Notes: generated by a model from the sequence alone, not told the origin. A stretch of 64,000 nucleotides of DNA from Thalassobaculaceae bacterium (GCA_965228875.1 OZ245843.1:4756616-4820615); one strand, 5' to 3'. Shown: positions 9,723-20,289, counted from the stretch's first letter. Numbers and translations are program-made.

Positions 9723-11471
9723 TTACCGCACACGTCTGGCCAAACCATGGGCTTTGCGCTGCCACTCGACCGCTCCGACGGCCCGATACAGCCGCCCCGC
9801 CTGCACCAGGAGCGCGGCGGCGGTGGCATTGTCGTGGTTCACCGCGAGCAGGCCGATCTGCAGGGCCGCGTCCGCCTCGGACAACCGGTCGCCCACGCTC
9901 TGGAACAGGATCCGGGCTTCGGCGTAGGCCTGCTGCGCCTGCTGCAGGCGCCCCTGCGCCGATTCCAGATCACCGATCGCGCGCACGGCCGTACCTTCGC
10001 CCTGGGCGTCGTTCAGCTTGGCATACATGCCGCGAACCTGGGCGTAGTTCACGCGGGCCCGGTCAAAGTTCTCCATCAGCATGTCGAGCTGTCCGAGGTC
10101 CATCAGTGCCTGGGCCGCGTCGCGGGCGCCGCCGGCGTTCTGATAGTGGCCGTACGCCTCCTTCAGGACCTCGCGGGCCGAGCGTTTCTGGTTGCGGGCA
10201 ATGTCGACGTGGCCGCGCCCCTTCTGCGCGTCGGCCATGATGAGCAGGTCTTCGGAGCTCTTCGACTGGGCGATGACCCGGTCGAAGAGGCCGCGCGCCT
10301 CCTCGAGGTTACCGGCCATGCGCTCCATCTCGCCCATGCCGATCATGATCCGGCTTTCGTTGTCGCGCTCGCCGGATTCGACGAACAGGTTCCGCGCGGC
10401 GTTGCCGTTGGTCCGGGCCCACTCGAAGCGTATCCGGGCGCGACGGGTGTCGCCGCGTCCGGCGATCAACTCGCTGTTACCGATACGTCGACCAGCATGC
10501 TTGAAGCGCTGACAGGCTTCGATCGCCGTCTCCCGCGCCTCGTGGCCCCGCTGCATCCGCCGGTAGCCATCCGAGAGACAGAGCCGGACCATGCCTTCCC
10601 CGACGTGGTCGCCGGTGCGGCGGTACAGGGTCAGCGCGCGCTCGAACCGGTTCTGCGCTTCGGCGCCGTTGCGCTCCTGACGGAAGATCTCGCCGCGGGC
10701 GTAGAGGGCGTGGGCCTCGCCGATGCGGTCGCCCACCTGGCTGAACAGGAACCGGGCTTGGTCCAGATGGCTGCCGCCCTCCTCGTTCTTCGATACCCGC
10801 ACGCACGCTTCGCCGAGGCCGAGCAGGGCGCCGGCCTCGCCGAATCGGTCGGTATCGGCGGAGAAGGCGCGGCGGGCGTCGTCGAACTGCTGACGGGCGG
10901 CCTCGTAGCTGCGCCGGCGCAGGTTCATGGTGCCGAGTCCGACGAGGGCGCGCCCTTCGCCGCGGATGTCCTTGGTTTCCTTCGCGGCGGCGTCGGCGTC
11001 CTGGTAGTAGGTCTCGGCGGCGCCGTAGTCGCCGGTCTCGGTCGCCAGATCGCCCTGGCTGAGCTTGACGAGAATCTCGCCACCCCGGTCCTTAGCCTCC
11101 TTGAACAGCGCCGCCGCCTCGTTGAAGTTCTTGCGGGCATCGTTGTGCAGGCCGCTGATCCGGAAGCCTTCTCCCTGAGCCCAAAGCCGTCCCGCGGTCG
11201 CCGCCGGTCCGGTCGAGAGCACGCCGCCCGAGCGCATCGCCTGTACACCGCCGGATCGCTTTATTCCGCGGCTGACCCACCAGTCGACGGCGATCACGCA
11301 CAGCCCCACCAGAACCACGGTGAGGGCGAACATGTGCTGGAAGTTGACGCGGCTCTCGGCGGTGAAGATGTAGCTCGTGCCGGCCGCCAGCAAGGCGAAC
11401 AGCAACATGAGCAGCCGTCGCCGGAGTGCCCCCAGATTGCCTCGTCTGCGGGCACTGTCGATCGCTCTCAC
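9723..11471 (-). CDS. Membrane-anchored TPR-repeat protein
   Basis: Two N-terminal TM helices, then about ten ~40-aa repeats with D..GE...L..LG pattern; start uncertain. Confidence 0.75.
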   Translation of the reverse strand: MRAIDSARRRGNLGALRRRLLMLLFALLAAGTSYIFTAESRVNFQHMFALTVVLVGLCVIAVDWWVSRGIKRSGGVQAMRSGGVLSTGPAATAGRLWAQGEGFRISGLHNDARKNFNEAAALFKEAKDRGGEILVKLSQGDLATETGDYGAAETYYQDADAAAKETKDIRGEGRALVGLGTMNLRRRSYEAARQQFDDARRAFSADTDRFGEAGALLGLGEACVRVSKNEEGGSHLDQARFLFSQVGDRIGEAHALYARGEIFRQERNGAEAQNRFERALTLYRRTGDHVGEGMVRLCLSDGYRRMQRGHEARETAIEACQRFKHAGRRIGNSELIAGRGDTRRARIRFEWARTNGNAARNLFVESGERDNESRIMIGMGEMERMAGNLEEARGLFDRVIAQSKSSEDLLIMADAQKGRGHVDIARNQKRSAREVLKEAYGHYQNAGGARDAAQALMDLGQLDMLMENFDRARVNYAQVRGMYAKLNDAQGEGTAVRAIGDLESAQGRLQQAQQAYAEARILFQSVGDRLSEADAALQIGLLAVNHDNATAAALLVQAGRLYRAVGAVEWQRKAHGLARRVR

Positions 11472-11567
11472 GGTCTGAGATCCCTGATCGTTGCGTGGCG
11501 GGAGGCCACCCTGGAGAAGCGCCGGAGTATCGCCGATTTTGCCGCCGTCTCCAACCGCGACCGCCGC

Positions 11568-12500
11568 TCAGCCGCCAAGGTTGCGGTACACCGGCCGCAA
11601 CAGGGCGGGGAGCAGGTAGATCGGAAACTGAAGCACCGCAAGGTAGAGAAACGCGTCCGGATGGAACGCGGCCGGTGCGGCGCCGAGCACGATCGCCATG
11701 TTCCGGTTGCCGGCGATCAGCGCCACCGTCGTTGCCGTGCGCCGGCCGGCGGGGAGAAAGACGACGAAGCCGATGGCCTGCAGGGTCAGGCTGACGGCGA
11801 AGACCAGCACGACCAGCCCCGCGACGCGCAGCGGATCGGCGATCGCGGCCGCCGTCACGCCATCCATCACCGCCACGGCGAACACCAGCATGGTCAGCAC
11901 GAACGCGCCGTCGATCGCCGTGGCGTGGCGCGCGATCCTGGCCTCGCCGGCGACCGCCCGCAGTGCCGCCGCGACAAACCCGGCAACCGCAAGCAGGCCG
12001 ACGAGGCGGAGCATCAGTTCGCCGACGCCGATCTGCAGGTCGAGGCCGATCAGTCCGAGAACGAGCGGCGGCAGGGTCAGCGGCATCAGCAGCCCGCCGA
12101 GCGTCATGACCATCAGGGTCAGCGCTCCGTCGAGCCCGAGGATCGTCGCGAGCGCCGTCACCGACACCAGCGGCGGCGAGGCCGTCCAGACCACGACGGC
12201 GACCGCGACGCCGGCGCCGAACCAGGCGTCCAGCTCGAACAGCGCCACCCCGGCCTGACCGAGCGCCGGCGAGACCAGGAGAACGAACGCGACGACCGGA
12301 AGGACCCGGCCGGGGCGGCGCGCCGCCGCCAGGACCGCCGAGGGCTGGAGTCGCAGCAGCGAGAACACCAGCATGACGATGATCGCCGGCACCAGCAGCG
12401 GGCGGGCGAGCGTCGCGAGGTCGGGCAGGGCGAGGCCGAGGAACACGCCGGCGGCCAGCAGCGCCGTCGCGTGTTTGCCCATCCAGGCCAGCGCCGTCAT
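11568..12500 (-). CDS. Bile acid:sodium symporter-like membrane transporter
   Basis: Multi-TM protein with ASPP and GNRNM motifs, QFPIYLLP end. Confidence 0.75.
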   Translation of the reverse strand: MTALAWMGKHATALLAAGVFLGLALPDLATLARPLLVPAIIVMLVFSLLRLQPSAVLAAARRPGRVLPVVAFVLLVSPALGQAGVALFELDAWFGAGVAVAVVVWTASPPLVSVTALATILGLDGALTLMVMTLGGLLMPLTLPPLVLGLIGLDLQIGVGELMLRLVGLLAVAGFVAAALRAVAGEARIARHATAIDGAFVLTMLVFAVAVMDGVTAAAIADPLRVAGLVVLVFAVSLTLQAIGFVVFLPAGRRTATTVALIAGNRNMAIVLGAAPAAFHPDAFLYLAVLQFPIYLLPALLRPVYRNLGG

Positions 12501-12548
12501 GATCCGGGGCGCGGCCGGCCGGCCGTCGAGTTTCTTTTGGAGCGAAGC

Positions 12549-13043
12549 ATGGAAGACTTGCGCAGTGAAGCGGGCTGGTTCGATTCGGGGACGGCCACCG
12601 TGCGCCCTGAGTGGATCGACTACAATGGTCATATGAACGTCGGCTACTACCTGGTCGCCTTCGACCTGGCGACCGAGGCGGTCTGCGTCCAACTCGGGGT
12701 CGGAGAAGACTACCGCCGGGCCCAGGACGCGTCGATCTTCGTCCTCGAGGCGCATGTCACCTACGACCGCGAGGTGCACGAGGGTGCTCCGCTTCTGTTC
12801 CGCTCGCGCATCGTCGACCACGACGCCAAGCGGTTCCACCTGATTCACCGCATGATCCATGCCGAGGACGGGTTCCTGGCGGCGACCAATGAGCTCATGT
12901 GCATGCACGTCGACCTGACGACGAAACGGTCGGCGGAGTTCCCGCAAGTATCGTATGGTCGCTTGCAATCACTGTACCGGGAGCACGAGGCGGTCGGCCC
13001 GGTGGACGGAGTCGGCCGCAGGATCGCCATCCGGCGCAAATAG
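12549..13043 (+). CDS. 4HBT/YbgC-like acyl-CoA thioesterase
   Basis: VRPEWIDYNGHMNVGYY...FD motif. Confidence 0.88.
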   Translation: MEDLRSEAGWFDSGTATVRPEWIDYNGHMNVGYYLVAFDLATEAVCVQLGVGEDYRRAQDASIFVLEAHVTYDREVHEGAPLLFRSRIVDHDAKRFHLIHRMIHAEDGFLAATNELMCMHVDLTTKRSAEFPQVSYGRLQSLYREHEAVGPVDGVGRRIAIRRK

Positions 13044-13072
13044 GCGTCCTGCGGGCGCGGAGGGATGGAGAC

Positions 13073-14149
13073 ATGGCGGAACGGACCGGAGTCGGTTCTA
13101 CCGGGCCCGACAGGGGCGTGCCGTTGGAGCCGCCGCGTTTCGAGTCGGCGCGCGGGGCGGCGATCGACGCCATGGACCGGATGCACCATCACGGGATTCC
13201 GCCGACGCCGGAGAACTTCGCCGTCTGGTACGCCTATGTGACCGGCGACATCGGCGGATTGCGGCGGACCATCGACGGTCTGCTGAAGAGCGGGCGCGGC
13301 GTCGGCGAGGTCCAGTGCGCCGACTTGTTCGAGCGCTATGTTCTGCCGGGATACCGCAGTCAGGCGGTGACGGACATCGCCGAGGGCCTGGGCGACATGA
13401 CCGACGGACTGGCCCGCAAGCTCGATCGCGCGGACGATGGCGCGACCACCTTCGGCCGGGCCCTGTCCTCGGCCACGGACGCGCTGGCCACGGCCGAAGG
13501 CGATGCGGAGGTGCGCACCCTGATCGACAGCCTGCGGATGCAGACCGAGGCCGCGCGCACCAGCAACGAGGCCCTGCGCGCCGAACTGGCGACCACGACC
13601 GGGGTGATCGAGACGCTGCGCCGGAGGCTGGAGGAATCCCGGGCCGAGGCGATGACCGACGGGCTGACCGGCATCGCGAACCGGAAATGGTTCGAGTCCG
13701 CCTTGCGCGACGCCGCGCAGACGGCGGTGGAAAGCGGCACGTCGATGACCCTGCTGATGCTCGATATCGACCACTTCAAGCAGTTCAACGACACCCACGG
13801 CCACACGGTCGGGGACCAGGTCCTGCGCCTGGTGGGGCGCACGCTGACCGAGTCGGTCCGGCCGACCGACATGCCGGCCCGGTTCGGTGGCGAGGAGTTC
13901 GCCGTCGTCCTGCCGGGCACCGAACTTGAGGACGCTCGAGTGATCGCCGAGCGCATCCGCAAACGGCTGAACAAGAAGCGCATCACCCGGCGCAACACCG
14001 GCAAGGACCTCGGCGTGGTGACGATCTCGATCGGCGCGGCGCGCTACGACTACGGAGAGCCGATGGCCGCCTTGGTCGCCCGCGCGGACGTGGCGCTGTA
14101 CCGGGCGAAGCAACTGGGCCGCAACCGGGTCATGATCCAGGGCGAGTGA
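13073..14149 (+). CDS. Diguanylate cyclase (DgcB-like)
   Basis: DIDHFKQFND, RPTD I-site, GGEEF active site, PPTPENFAVWY N-domain. Confidence 0.92.
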   Translation: MAERTGVGSTGPDRGVPLEPPRFESARGAAIDAMDRMHHHGIPPTPENFAVWYAYVTGDIGGLRRTIDGLLKSGRGVGEVQCADLFERYVLPGYRSQAVTDIAEGLGDMTDGLARKLDRADDGATTFGRALSSATDALATAEGDAEVRTLIDSLRMQTEAARTSNEALRAELATTTGVIETLRRRLEESRAEAMTDGLTGIANRKWFESALRDAAQTAVESGTSMTLLMLDIDHFKQFNDTHGHTVGDQVLRLVGRTLTESVRPTDMPARFGGEEFAVVLPGTELEDARVIAERIRKRLNKKRITRRNTGKDLGVVTISIGAARYDYGEPMAALVARADVALYRAKQLGRNRVMIQGE

Positions 14150-14156
14150 TCCGCGT

Positions 14157-14936
14157 CTACGCCGAACCGACGGCCGCCATCTCCTCGTAGGCGGAGCGCC
14201 GAAGCCCCATCAGGATTTTCTCTGGATAGTCCGGCCAGTCCGGCAGGATCAGCGGCAGGTCCATGTCCTGCTCCGCCACCTGGCGCACAGCCGCCCAGTC
14301 GAAGGGCGCATCCGGGCCGAACCGCCGTACCGCTTGGCGCCAGATCGCCATCTCCTGGCCCCAGAAGTGTACGCGGCGGGCCGCGATCCGGCGCTGGATC
14401 GCGATGGTGTCGCGGTGGACGCGGTCCTCCAGCCAGTCCGGCCAGATATCGGCGACCAGGGTGTCGACCGGCATGTCCGGAACGAAGGTGAAGGCATCAG
14501 CCTCGCGCAGCTCGATCTTGCTCCGGATGTCGGGCGCGAGTCCGGCGAAGACGCCGCTGATCTCGGCCAGGCCGAGGATCTCCGGGTCCCGCTCGACCGC
14601 GATCACGCGATCCACCGCCGGATTGAGCGCGATGTTCGCCACCGCCCAACCGAGGCCGAAGCCGAGGACGACGGTGGTCCCGACAGCGCCGCAGATCCCG
14701 ATGGCCTGGCTGTCCAGTTCGCTCTTCACCGTCGACATCCAGTTGGCGATCCCGGTGCCGTCGGCCGACGGTCCTTCCAGGAAGGCGACCTCCCGCGGGT
14801 CACCCTCGTCGCCCCAGAAGCCGGTATCCGCCGCATGCCATGCGCGCCTGATCCGCCAGCGGCCGTACGAGCACGCGCGGTACTCGGGAACGACCATGGC
14901 TGTCGGATCGACCGGGACGATCCAGGCTGGCGTCAT
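14157..14936 (-). CDS. Hypothetical class I SAM-binding fold protein
   Basis: VVLGFGLGW, VIAVERD, ADAF, ADIW motifs; ATGA overlap with the upstream ADH. Confidence 0.7.
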   Translation of the reverse strand: MTPAWIVPVDPTAMVVPEYRACSYGRWRIRRAWHAADTGFWGDEGDPREVAFLEGPSADGTGIANWMSTVKSELDSQAIGICGAVGTTVVLGFGLGWAVANIALNPAVDRVIAVERDPEILGLAEISGVFAGLAPDIRSKIELREADAFTFVPDMPVDTLVADIWPDWLEDRVHRDTIAIQRRIAARRVHFWGQEMAIWRQAVRRFGPDAPFDWAAVRQVAEQDMDLPLILPDWPDYPEKILMGLRRSAYEEMAAVGSA

Positions 14937-16102
14937 CGGTTGGCGGCCCAGACCTGGCGGTAGAGGTCGACGATCTCGCCGTGCTCGGGCACGCGCGGGT
15001 TGTTGGCGTGGGAACCGGACGCGATGCACTGGCTGGCCATGGTGTCCAGCAGGCCGGACCATTTGGCCTCGTCGATGCCATAGGCCGGCGGAGTGGGGAC
15101 CTGCAGCTCCTCATTGGTCTGGTACAGCCAGTCCAGCAGCTTCGCCGCCGCCGTCTCGTCACCGTCGCCCGGTGCAGCCGCGCCGATCAGCCGGCCCGCC
15201 TCGGCGTAGCGGTCGAGCGCGGCCTCCAGCGAGAAGCGGGTCACCGCCGGCAGGAGCATGGCGTTGGACAGGCCATGGGGCACGTGGAAATGGGCGCCGA
15301 TCGGCCGGCTCATCCCGTGCACCAGGGCGACCGACGCGTTGGAGAAGGCGATCCCGGCCTGGGTGGCGCCCAGCATCATCTGCTCGCGGGCGTCGCGGTT
15401 GTCCGGCTCAAGGCAGGCGGTCTTCAGGTTGGCGCCGATCCGCTGCATCGCGGCGATCGCCATGCTGTCGGAATAAGGATTGCGCTTCTGGCTGACGAAG
15501 GCCTCCAGCGCGTGGGTGAAACTGTCGATGCCGGTATCGGCGGTCAGCCGGAACGGCTTCTTCATCGTCAGCTCGAAGTCGACGATCGCTGCGTCGGCCT
15601 GGCCGCCGAGGCACATGACCAGCATCTTCTCGTCGGTCTCGACATCGGTGATCACCGTGCCGCGCGTGACCTCGGAGCCGGTGCCGGCCGTAGTCGGGAT
15701 GCACAGCAGGGGCACGGCGGCGGTGTCCACGCCGTTCGGCACCTTGTAGTCGCGCATCCGACCGCCATGGGCCGCCAGAATGTTCACCGCCTTGGCCGTG
15801 TCCATCGGCGAGCCGCCGCCGAAACCGATCAGCCCGTCGAAACCGCCGTCGCGCATGTGGGCGGTGGCCGCCTCCACCACCGTCGTGGTCGGGTCGGGCA
15901 CGGTTTCAGAGAACACGTCGCAGGCGAGTCCCACGGCCGCCAACGGACCTGTGAGCTGCTCGATCAGCCCCGAAGAGACCATGAACGGATCGGTGATGAT
16001 CAGCGGGCGGGTGACCCGGAGCTTTTCCAGGACCTCGCCCACGCGGGCGATCGACCCACCGCCGACCAGCATGATCCTGGGCCCAAAGATCGTCGCGCTC
16101 AT
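14933..16102 (-). CDS. Iron-containing alcohol dehydrogenase
   Basis: GGGSPMDTAK, IPTTAGTGSE, HGMSRPIGAHFHVPHG. Confidence 0.93.
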   Translation of the reverse strand: MSATIFGPRIMLVGGGSIARVGEVLEKLRVTRPLIITDPFMVSSGLIEQLTGPLAAVGLACDVFSETVPDPTTTVVEAATAHMRDGGFDGLIGFGGGSPMDTAKAVNILAAHGGRMRDYKVPNGVDTAAVPLLCIPTTAGTGSEVTRGTVITDVETDEKMLVMCLGGQADAAIVDFELTMKKPFRLTADTGIDSFTHALEAFVSQKRNPYSDSMAIAAMQRIGANLKTACLEPDNRDAREQMMLGATQAGIAFSNASVALVHGMSRPIGAHFHVPHGLSNAMLLPAVTRFSLEAALDRYAEAGRLIGAAAPGDGDETAAAKLLDWLYQTNEELQVPTPPAYGIDEAKWSGLLDTMASQCIASGSHANNPRVPEHGEIVDLYRQVWAANR

Positions 16103-16271
16103 GACGCTTCCCCTGTGTTGAGTCTGTTGGCTGGTTTGTTGCGCGCACGATACGCGAGGCTTGGAAAACGCCGCAAGCGCTCGAGATCCGGCGGTCCGCG
16201 CACTTGCCCGTCGGCAACCGTGTTAGACTCCCCCCACGAGCGACACGGGCGACGTCGGGAACGGGTTCGGA

Positions 16272-18116
16272 ATGGCAGGTATCCAGGACACGGTTGTCTT
16301 CCTGTCGGCGGCGGTGATCGCCGTACCGGTGTTCCGCAAGGCCGGGTTCGGCGCGCTGCTCGGCTACCTCGCCGCCGGGGTGGTCATCGGCCCTTCGGTG
16401 CTCGGACTGGTGTCGGACGTCGACGCGATCCTGCACTTCGCCGAGTTCGGCGTGGTGTTGCTGCTGTTCATCATCGGGCTGGAACTGATGCCGGCGCGTC
16501 TCTGGGCGCTGCGCAGGCCGATCTTCGGACTCGGCGCCGCCCAGGTGGGGATCAGCGCCGTGCTGATCGGGCTCGCCGCCTACGGGCTCGGCTATGCGGT
16601 GCAGACCGCGATCGTCGTCGGTCTTGTGCTCGCCCTGTCTTCGACCGCCTTCGCGGTGCAGACGCTGGCGGACCGGGGGGAACTGCGCACGCAGCACGGC
16701 CGCGCCGCCTTCTCCATCCTGCTGTTCCAGGACCTGGCGGTGATCCCGCTGCTGGCCGTGCTGCCATGGCTTGCCGACGCGCCCATTCTCGGCGAGGACG
16801 GCGTGGCAGAGGAGGCGGTGCTCCGGACGGACTACCTCTCCATCGCCTTTTCGATCGTGACCGTCGCGTTGATCATCGTGGTGGGGCGCCGGCTGCTGCG
16901 CCCGCTGCTGCGGGTGGTGGCCAACACCGGCGTGCAGGAACTGTTCACCGCCGCCGCCCTGCTGGTGGTGCTCGCCATGGCGCTGGCGATGGAGCGGATC
17001 GGGCTGTCCATGGCGCTCGGCGCCTTCCTGGCCGGCGTGCTCCTGGCCGACACCGAGTACCGTCACCGGCTCGAGGCCGACATCGAGCCGTTCAAGGGGC
17101 TGCTGCTGGGGCTGTTCTTCATCGCCGTCGGCATGTCGATCGATCTCGCGAATTTCGTCGAGGCGCCGGTCGCGGCGATGGGCGCGGCGGTCGGACTGGT
17201 GGCGATCAAGTGCCTCGCCCTGTACGCCTTGGCCCGCGCGACCCGAATGCGGCGGGAGCCGGCGCTGGCGCTCGCGGCGGTGCTGCCCCAGGGGGGGGAG
17301 TTCGCGTTCGTGCTGTTCGGTGCCGCGATCAACGTCGGCGCCGTCGACCGGTCGACTGCCGACTTCCTGATTCTGGTGGTGGCGATCTCCATGGCGATGA
17401 CGCCGTTCACCGTGCAACTCGCCGACATGATGCGCGCCCGACTGCCGAAGAAGGCCGTCGTCCAGGGCACCCTGGAGGACATGGGCGATCCGGAGACCCA
17501 GGTCATCATCGCCGGTTTCGGCCGCTTCGGACAGATGATCGGGCGCATGTTGAACATGCGACGGATCAAGTTCGTCGCGCTGGACAGCGACCACGACCGC
17601 ATCGCCATCGCCCGGCGCTTCGGCAACGAGGCGTATTTCGGCGACGCCTCGCGTCTGCAGATCCTGGAGGCGGCGGGAGCCGGCCGGGCCAGGCTGCTGG
17701 TGATCGCCGTCGACGACCCGGAACGCGCCGACGCCGTCGCGCGGGTCGCCGGCATGCACTTCCCCAACCTGAAGGTCTTCGCCCGCGCGCACGACCGTTT
17801 CCACGTTTACCGGCTGATGGAACTCGGCGTCGATCAGGTGGTGCGCGAGTACTTCGACTCCAGTCTCGACATGGCGGGCCGCGTGTTCCGCGAACTCGGC
17901 GTGCCGGGGCGGCGCGCCGACCTGATGGTCCGCCAGTTCAAGGAGTATGACGAACAGCTCTTGCGGGAGCAGTACACGATCCATCGCGACGAGGCGGAGA
18001 TGATCAGGACCTCCAAGGAGGCGGCGGCGCATCTCGCCAGCCTGTTCGAGCACGACCAGGGAGTTGCCGAGCAGGAGGAGGAGGCAGCGAAAACGACCAG
18101 TCAAGCGGCAGAGTAG
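16272..18116 (+). CDS. kefC: CPA2 family glutathione-regulated K+ efflux protein (KefB/KefC-like)
   Basis: LHFAEFGVV, LFQDLA, EADIEPFKGLLLGLFF; C-terminal KTN domain IIAGFGRFGQ. Confidence 0.88.
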   Translation: MAGIQDTVVFLSAAVIAVPVFRKAGFGALLGYLAAGVVIGPSVLGLVSDVDAILHFAEFGVVLLLFIIGLELMPARLWALRRPIFGLGAAQVGISAVLIGLAAYGLGYAVQTAIVVGLVLALSSTAFAVQTLADRGELRTQHGRAAFSILLFQDLAVIPLLAVLPWLADAPILGEDGVAEEAVLRTDYLSIAFSIVTVALIIVVGRRLLRPLLRVVANTGVQELFTAAALLVVLAMALAMERIGLSMALGAFLAGVLLADTEYRHRLEADIEPFKGLLLGLFFIAVGMSIDLANFVEAPVAAMGAAVGLVAIKCLALYALARATRMRREPALALAAVLPQGGEFAFVLFGAAINVGAVDRSTADFLILVVAISMAMTPFTVQLADMMRARLPKKAVVQGTLEDMGDPETQVIIAGFGRFGQMIGRMLNMRRIKFVALDSDHDRIAIARRFGNEAYFGDASRLQILEAAGAGRARLLVIAVDDPERADAVARVAGMHFPNLKVFARAHDRFHVYRLMELGVDQVVREYFDSSLDMAGRVFRELGVPGRRADLMVRQFKEYDEQLLREQYTIHRDEAEMIRTSKEAAAHLASLFEHDQGVAEQEEEAAKTTSQAAE

Positions 18117-18203
18117 CAGAGTCGGCTCGACCATCTTTGATATTGTCTGCGAATAGCATGCATTTATAAGTTGTTTTTAAGCCAGGACCATTCGGGGGTA
18201 CCT

Positions 18204-19133
18204 ATGCCAGTCCCAGAGTATCAAGCCTTTATGCGGCCTCTCTTAGAATTAGGTTGTAGCGGAGAGCGTAAGCTGAATGATTGTATGGCTGTTCTGGCCG
18301 ATAATTTTGGATTAAGTGAGGCTGATAGAACAGAACTTCTACCTAGTGGGAAGAAAACTCGTCTTTATGATAGAATTCATTGGGCTGCTACTTATCTTAA
18401 TAAGGCGGGCGCAATTGTACGCCCCCGTAGGGGATTCTTTATAACGACTGATCGTGGTAAACAGTTGCTGAGTGATTATAAGAACAAGTTGACAGTTGAG
18501 GATTTATTAAAATTTGATGAATTCAAGGAATTTGTTCAACCAGGTGCCAGTTTGGTGAAGGTGCCTCCCGTGATCGATGTTCAGGTAATTTTGGATTCGA
18601 CCGATCATTTGACGCCAGAAGAAAGGATTGATTCCGCATATCAAGAGCTTGAGGAGAGTTTAAGGGAAGATCTCTTGGAGAAGATTATTGAATCAGATCC
18701 AGTATTTTTTGAACTTGTAATTCTTAAGCTGATGACGGCAATGGGTTATGGGGGTGGGCGTTCATCTGCAGCAAAAATGACACAAAAGTCAAATGATGGT
18801 GGAGTTGATGGAGTAATAAATGAAGACCCTCTCGGTCTGGACACGATTTATTTACAGGCGAAAAGGTATTCTGTAGAAAAATCGGTTGGCCGAGAGACGG
18901 TGCAGGCATTTGTAGGGGCATTGGCAGGATTTAAGGCCAGCAAAGGAGTTTTTGTTACAACGAGCTTCTTTTCTAAGCCAGCGATAGAATATGCGAGTCA
19001 TCAGAATTTGGTATTAATAGACGGAAGAGAACTAACTAGGCTCATGGTGCGATACGGAGTCGGTGTTACGATAGAGCGTTCAATCGACTTAAAGAAAATT
19101 GATACTAATTTTTTTGATGATGATGTCACTTAG
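18204..19133 (+). CDS. mrr: Mrr type IV (modification-dependent) restriction endonuclease
   Basis: Mrr_N (LLPSG, RIHWAATYLNKAG) plus catalytic DGGVDG...EDPLGLD.IYLQAKRY; markedly AT-rich. Confidence 0.93.
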   Translation: MPVPEYQAFMRPLLELGCSGERKLNDCMAVLADNFGLSEADRTELLPSGKKTRLYDRIHWAATYLNKAGAIVRPRRGFFITTDRGKQLLSDYKNKLTVEDLLKFDEFKEFVQPGASLVKVPPVIDVQVILDSTDHLTPEERIDSAYQELEESLREDLLEKIIESDPVFFELVILKLMTAMGYGGGRSSAAKMTQKSNDGGVDGVINEDPLGLDTIYLQAKRYSVEKSVGRETVQAFVGALAGFKASKGVFVTTSFFSKPAIEYASHQNLVLIDGRELTRLMVRYGVGVTIERSIDLKKIDTNFFDDDVT

Positions 19134-19146
19134 ACTGTATTATTAT

Positions 19147-20289
19147 TTAATTTGCCCGATACACTTCTCGGCCAGCGACGACCGTCCCCAGGACCTTGGC
19201 CGGACCGCCGTCGCGCTGGTCCAGCACCACCAGATCCGCCCGCTTGCCGGCCTCCACCGTGCCGCGATCGTCCAGGCCCGCCGCCTTGGCCGGGTTGGTT
19301 GAGACCAGCGCCCAGGCGGTCGGAAAATCGCAGTCGCCGTCGGTCACCAGGCGGAGCGGCGCCTGGGCCAGCGCGGGGTAGTAGTAGTCCGACACCAGGA
19401 TAGTGCAGCGCCCCTCACGGACTTCGCGTGCGGCCGTCACGCCCCGGTAGCCGAGATGGCTGCCGCCGCGGATGATGTTCGGCGCCCCGCAGATCACGGG
19501 ATCGCCCAGCGCGACGGCGGTCTCCGCCGTCGGCGTGTTCATCGGAAACTCGGCGATCCGACAGCCGATCCCGTGGAACCAGGTTCGGATCTCGGGTTTG
19601 TCGTCGTCGTGGCTGGCCAGCGCCACGCCGTTGTCGAGCGCCGCGCGGGCCAGCCGTTCGATGGAGGCCGGCACGTCGGGCTGGCGTGCGCAGACCTCGT
19701 GCAACAGCGCCACATACTCGTCGTGCGACAGTCCCGATCGCGCGGTTTCTGTCCGCGTGGCCTTGCCCTTGTGCTCGATCCCGTGCAGCGTCGAGTGGCT
19801 GTGGTCGTTGAACGCCAGCAGATCCACCGTGCCGTCGGCGAGCCAGCCTAGAACCTCGTCCTCGGCCGACAGGTTGTGGGTCTCGTGGCGCAGGTGGAAG
19901 CGGGTGTCGCAGCCGAGACGGGGCCGCGCCGCCTCGATCGCCGTCTTCAGCGCCAGCGTCGACTCGCGTCCGCGCAGGCCCGGCTCCCAGGAATAGGTGA
20001 CGCCGTGAAAGGCGGTGGTGATGCCGTTGGACAGCAACTGCGCGTCGGTGTCCTGCAGGGCCAGATCGAACGGGAAGTGCACGCCCGGGCGCGGCATGAC
20101 CTGGCGCTCGAAGGCGTCCCCGTGCAGGTCGATGACGCCCGGCAGGACCCAGGCGTCGCCGGCGTCCCAGACATCGCCGGAGCTCTCGGCGCCGATGGCC
20201 GAGATGGTGCCGTCCTCGATCGTCACCACGGTATCGGCGATCTCGCCGTCGGCGAGCAGCACCCGCCGGCTCGCGATCCCTCTCTTCAT
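19147..20289 (-). CDS. phnM: Alpha-D-ribose 1-methylphosphonate 5-triphosphate diphosphatase
   Basis: PGVIDLHGD, FNDH, ASHDD, AEFP, GAPNIIRGGSH, SDYY. Confidence 0.9.
   Translation of the reverse strand: MKRGIASRRVLLADGEIADTVVTIEDGTISAIGAESSGDVWDAGDAWVLPGVIDLHGDAFERQVMPRPGVHFPFDLALQDTDAQLLSNGITTAFHGVTYSWEPGLRGRESTLALKTAIEAARPRLGCDTRFHLRHETHNLSAEDEVLGWLADGTVDLLAFNDHSHSTLHGIEHKGKATRTETARSGLSHDEYVALLHEVCARQPDVPASIERLARAALDNGVALASHDDDKPEIRTWFHGIGCRIAEFPMNTPTAETAVALGDPVICGAPNIIRGGSHLGYRGVTAAREVREGRCTILVSDYYYPALAQAPLRLVTDGDCDFPTAWALVSTNPAKAAGLDDRGTVEAGKRADLVVLDQRDGGPAKVLGTVVAGREVYRAN

Noticed and set aside
9702..13043. 1113-aa + strand ORF
   Set aside because: Antisense shadow of the TPR and symporter genes; only the last 164 aa (thioesterase) look real
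14981..17950. 989-aa ORF and the many other long overlapping ORFs in the track
   Set aside because: Arg/Gly/Pro-rich off-frame or antisense ORFs expected at high GC, overlapping well-supported genes
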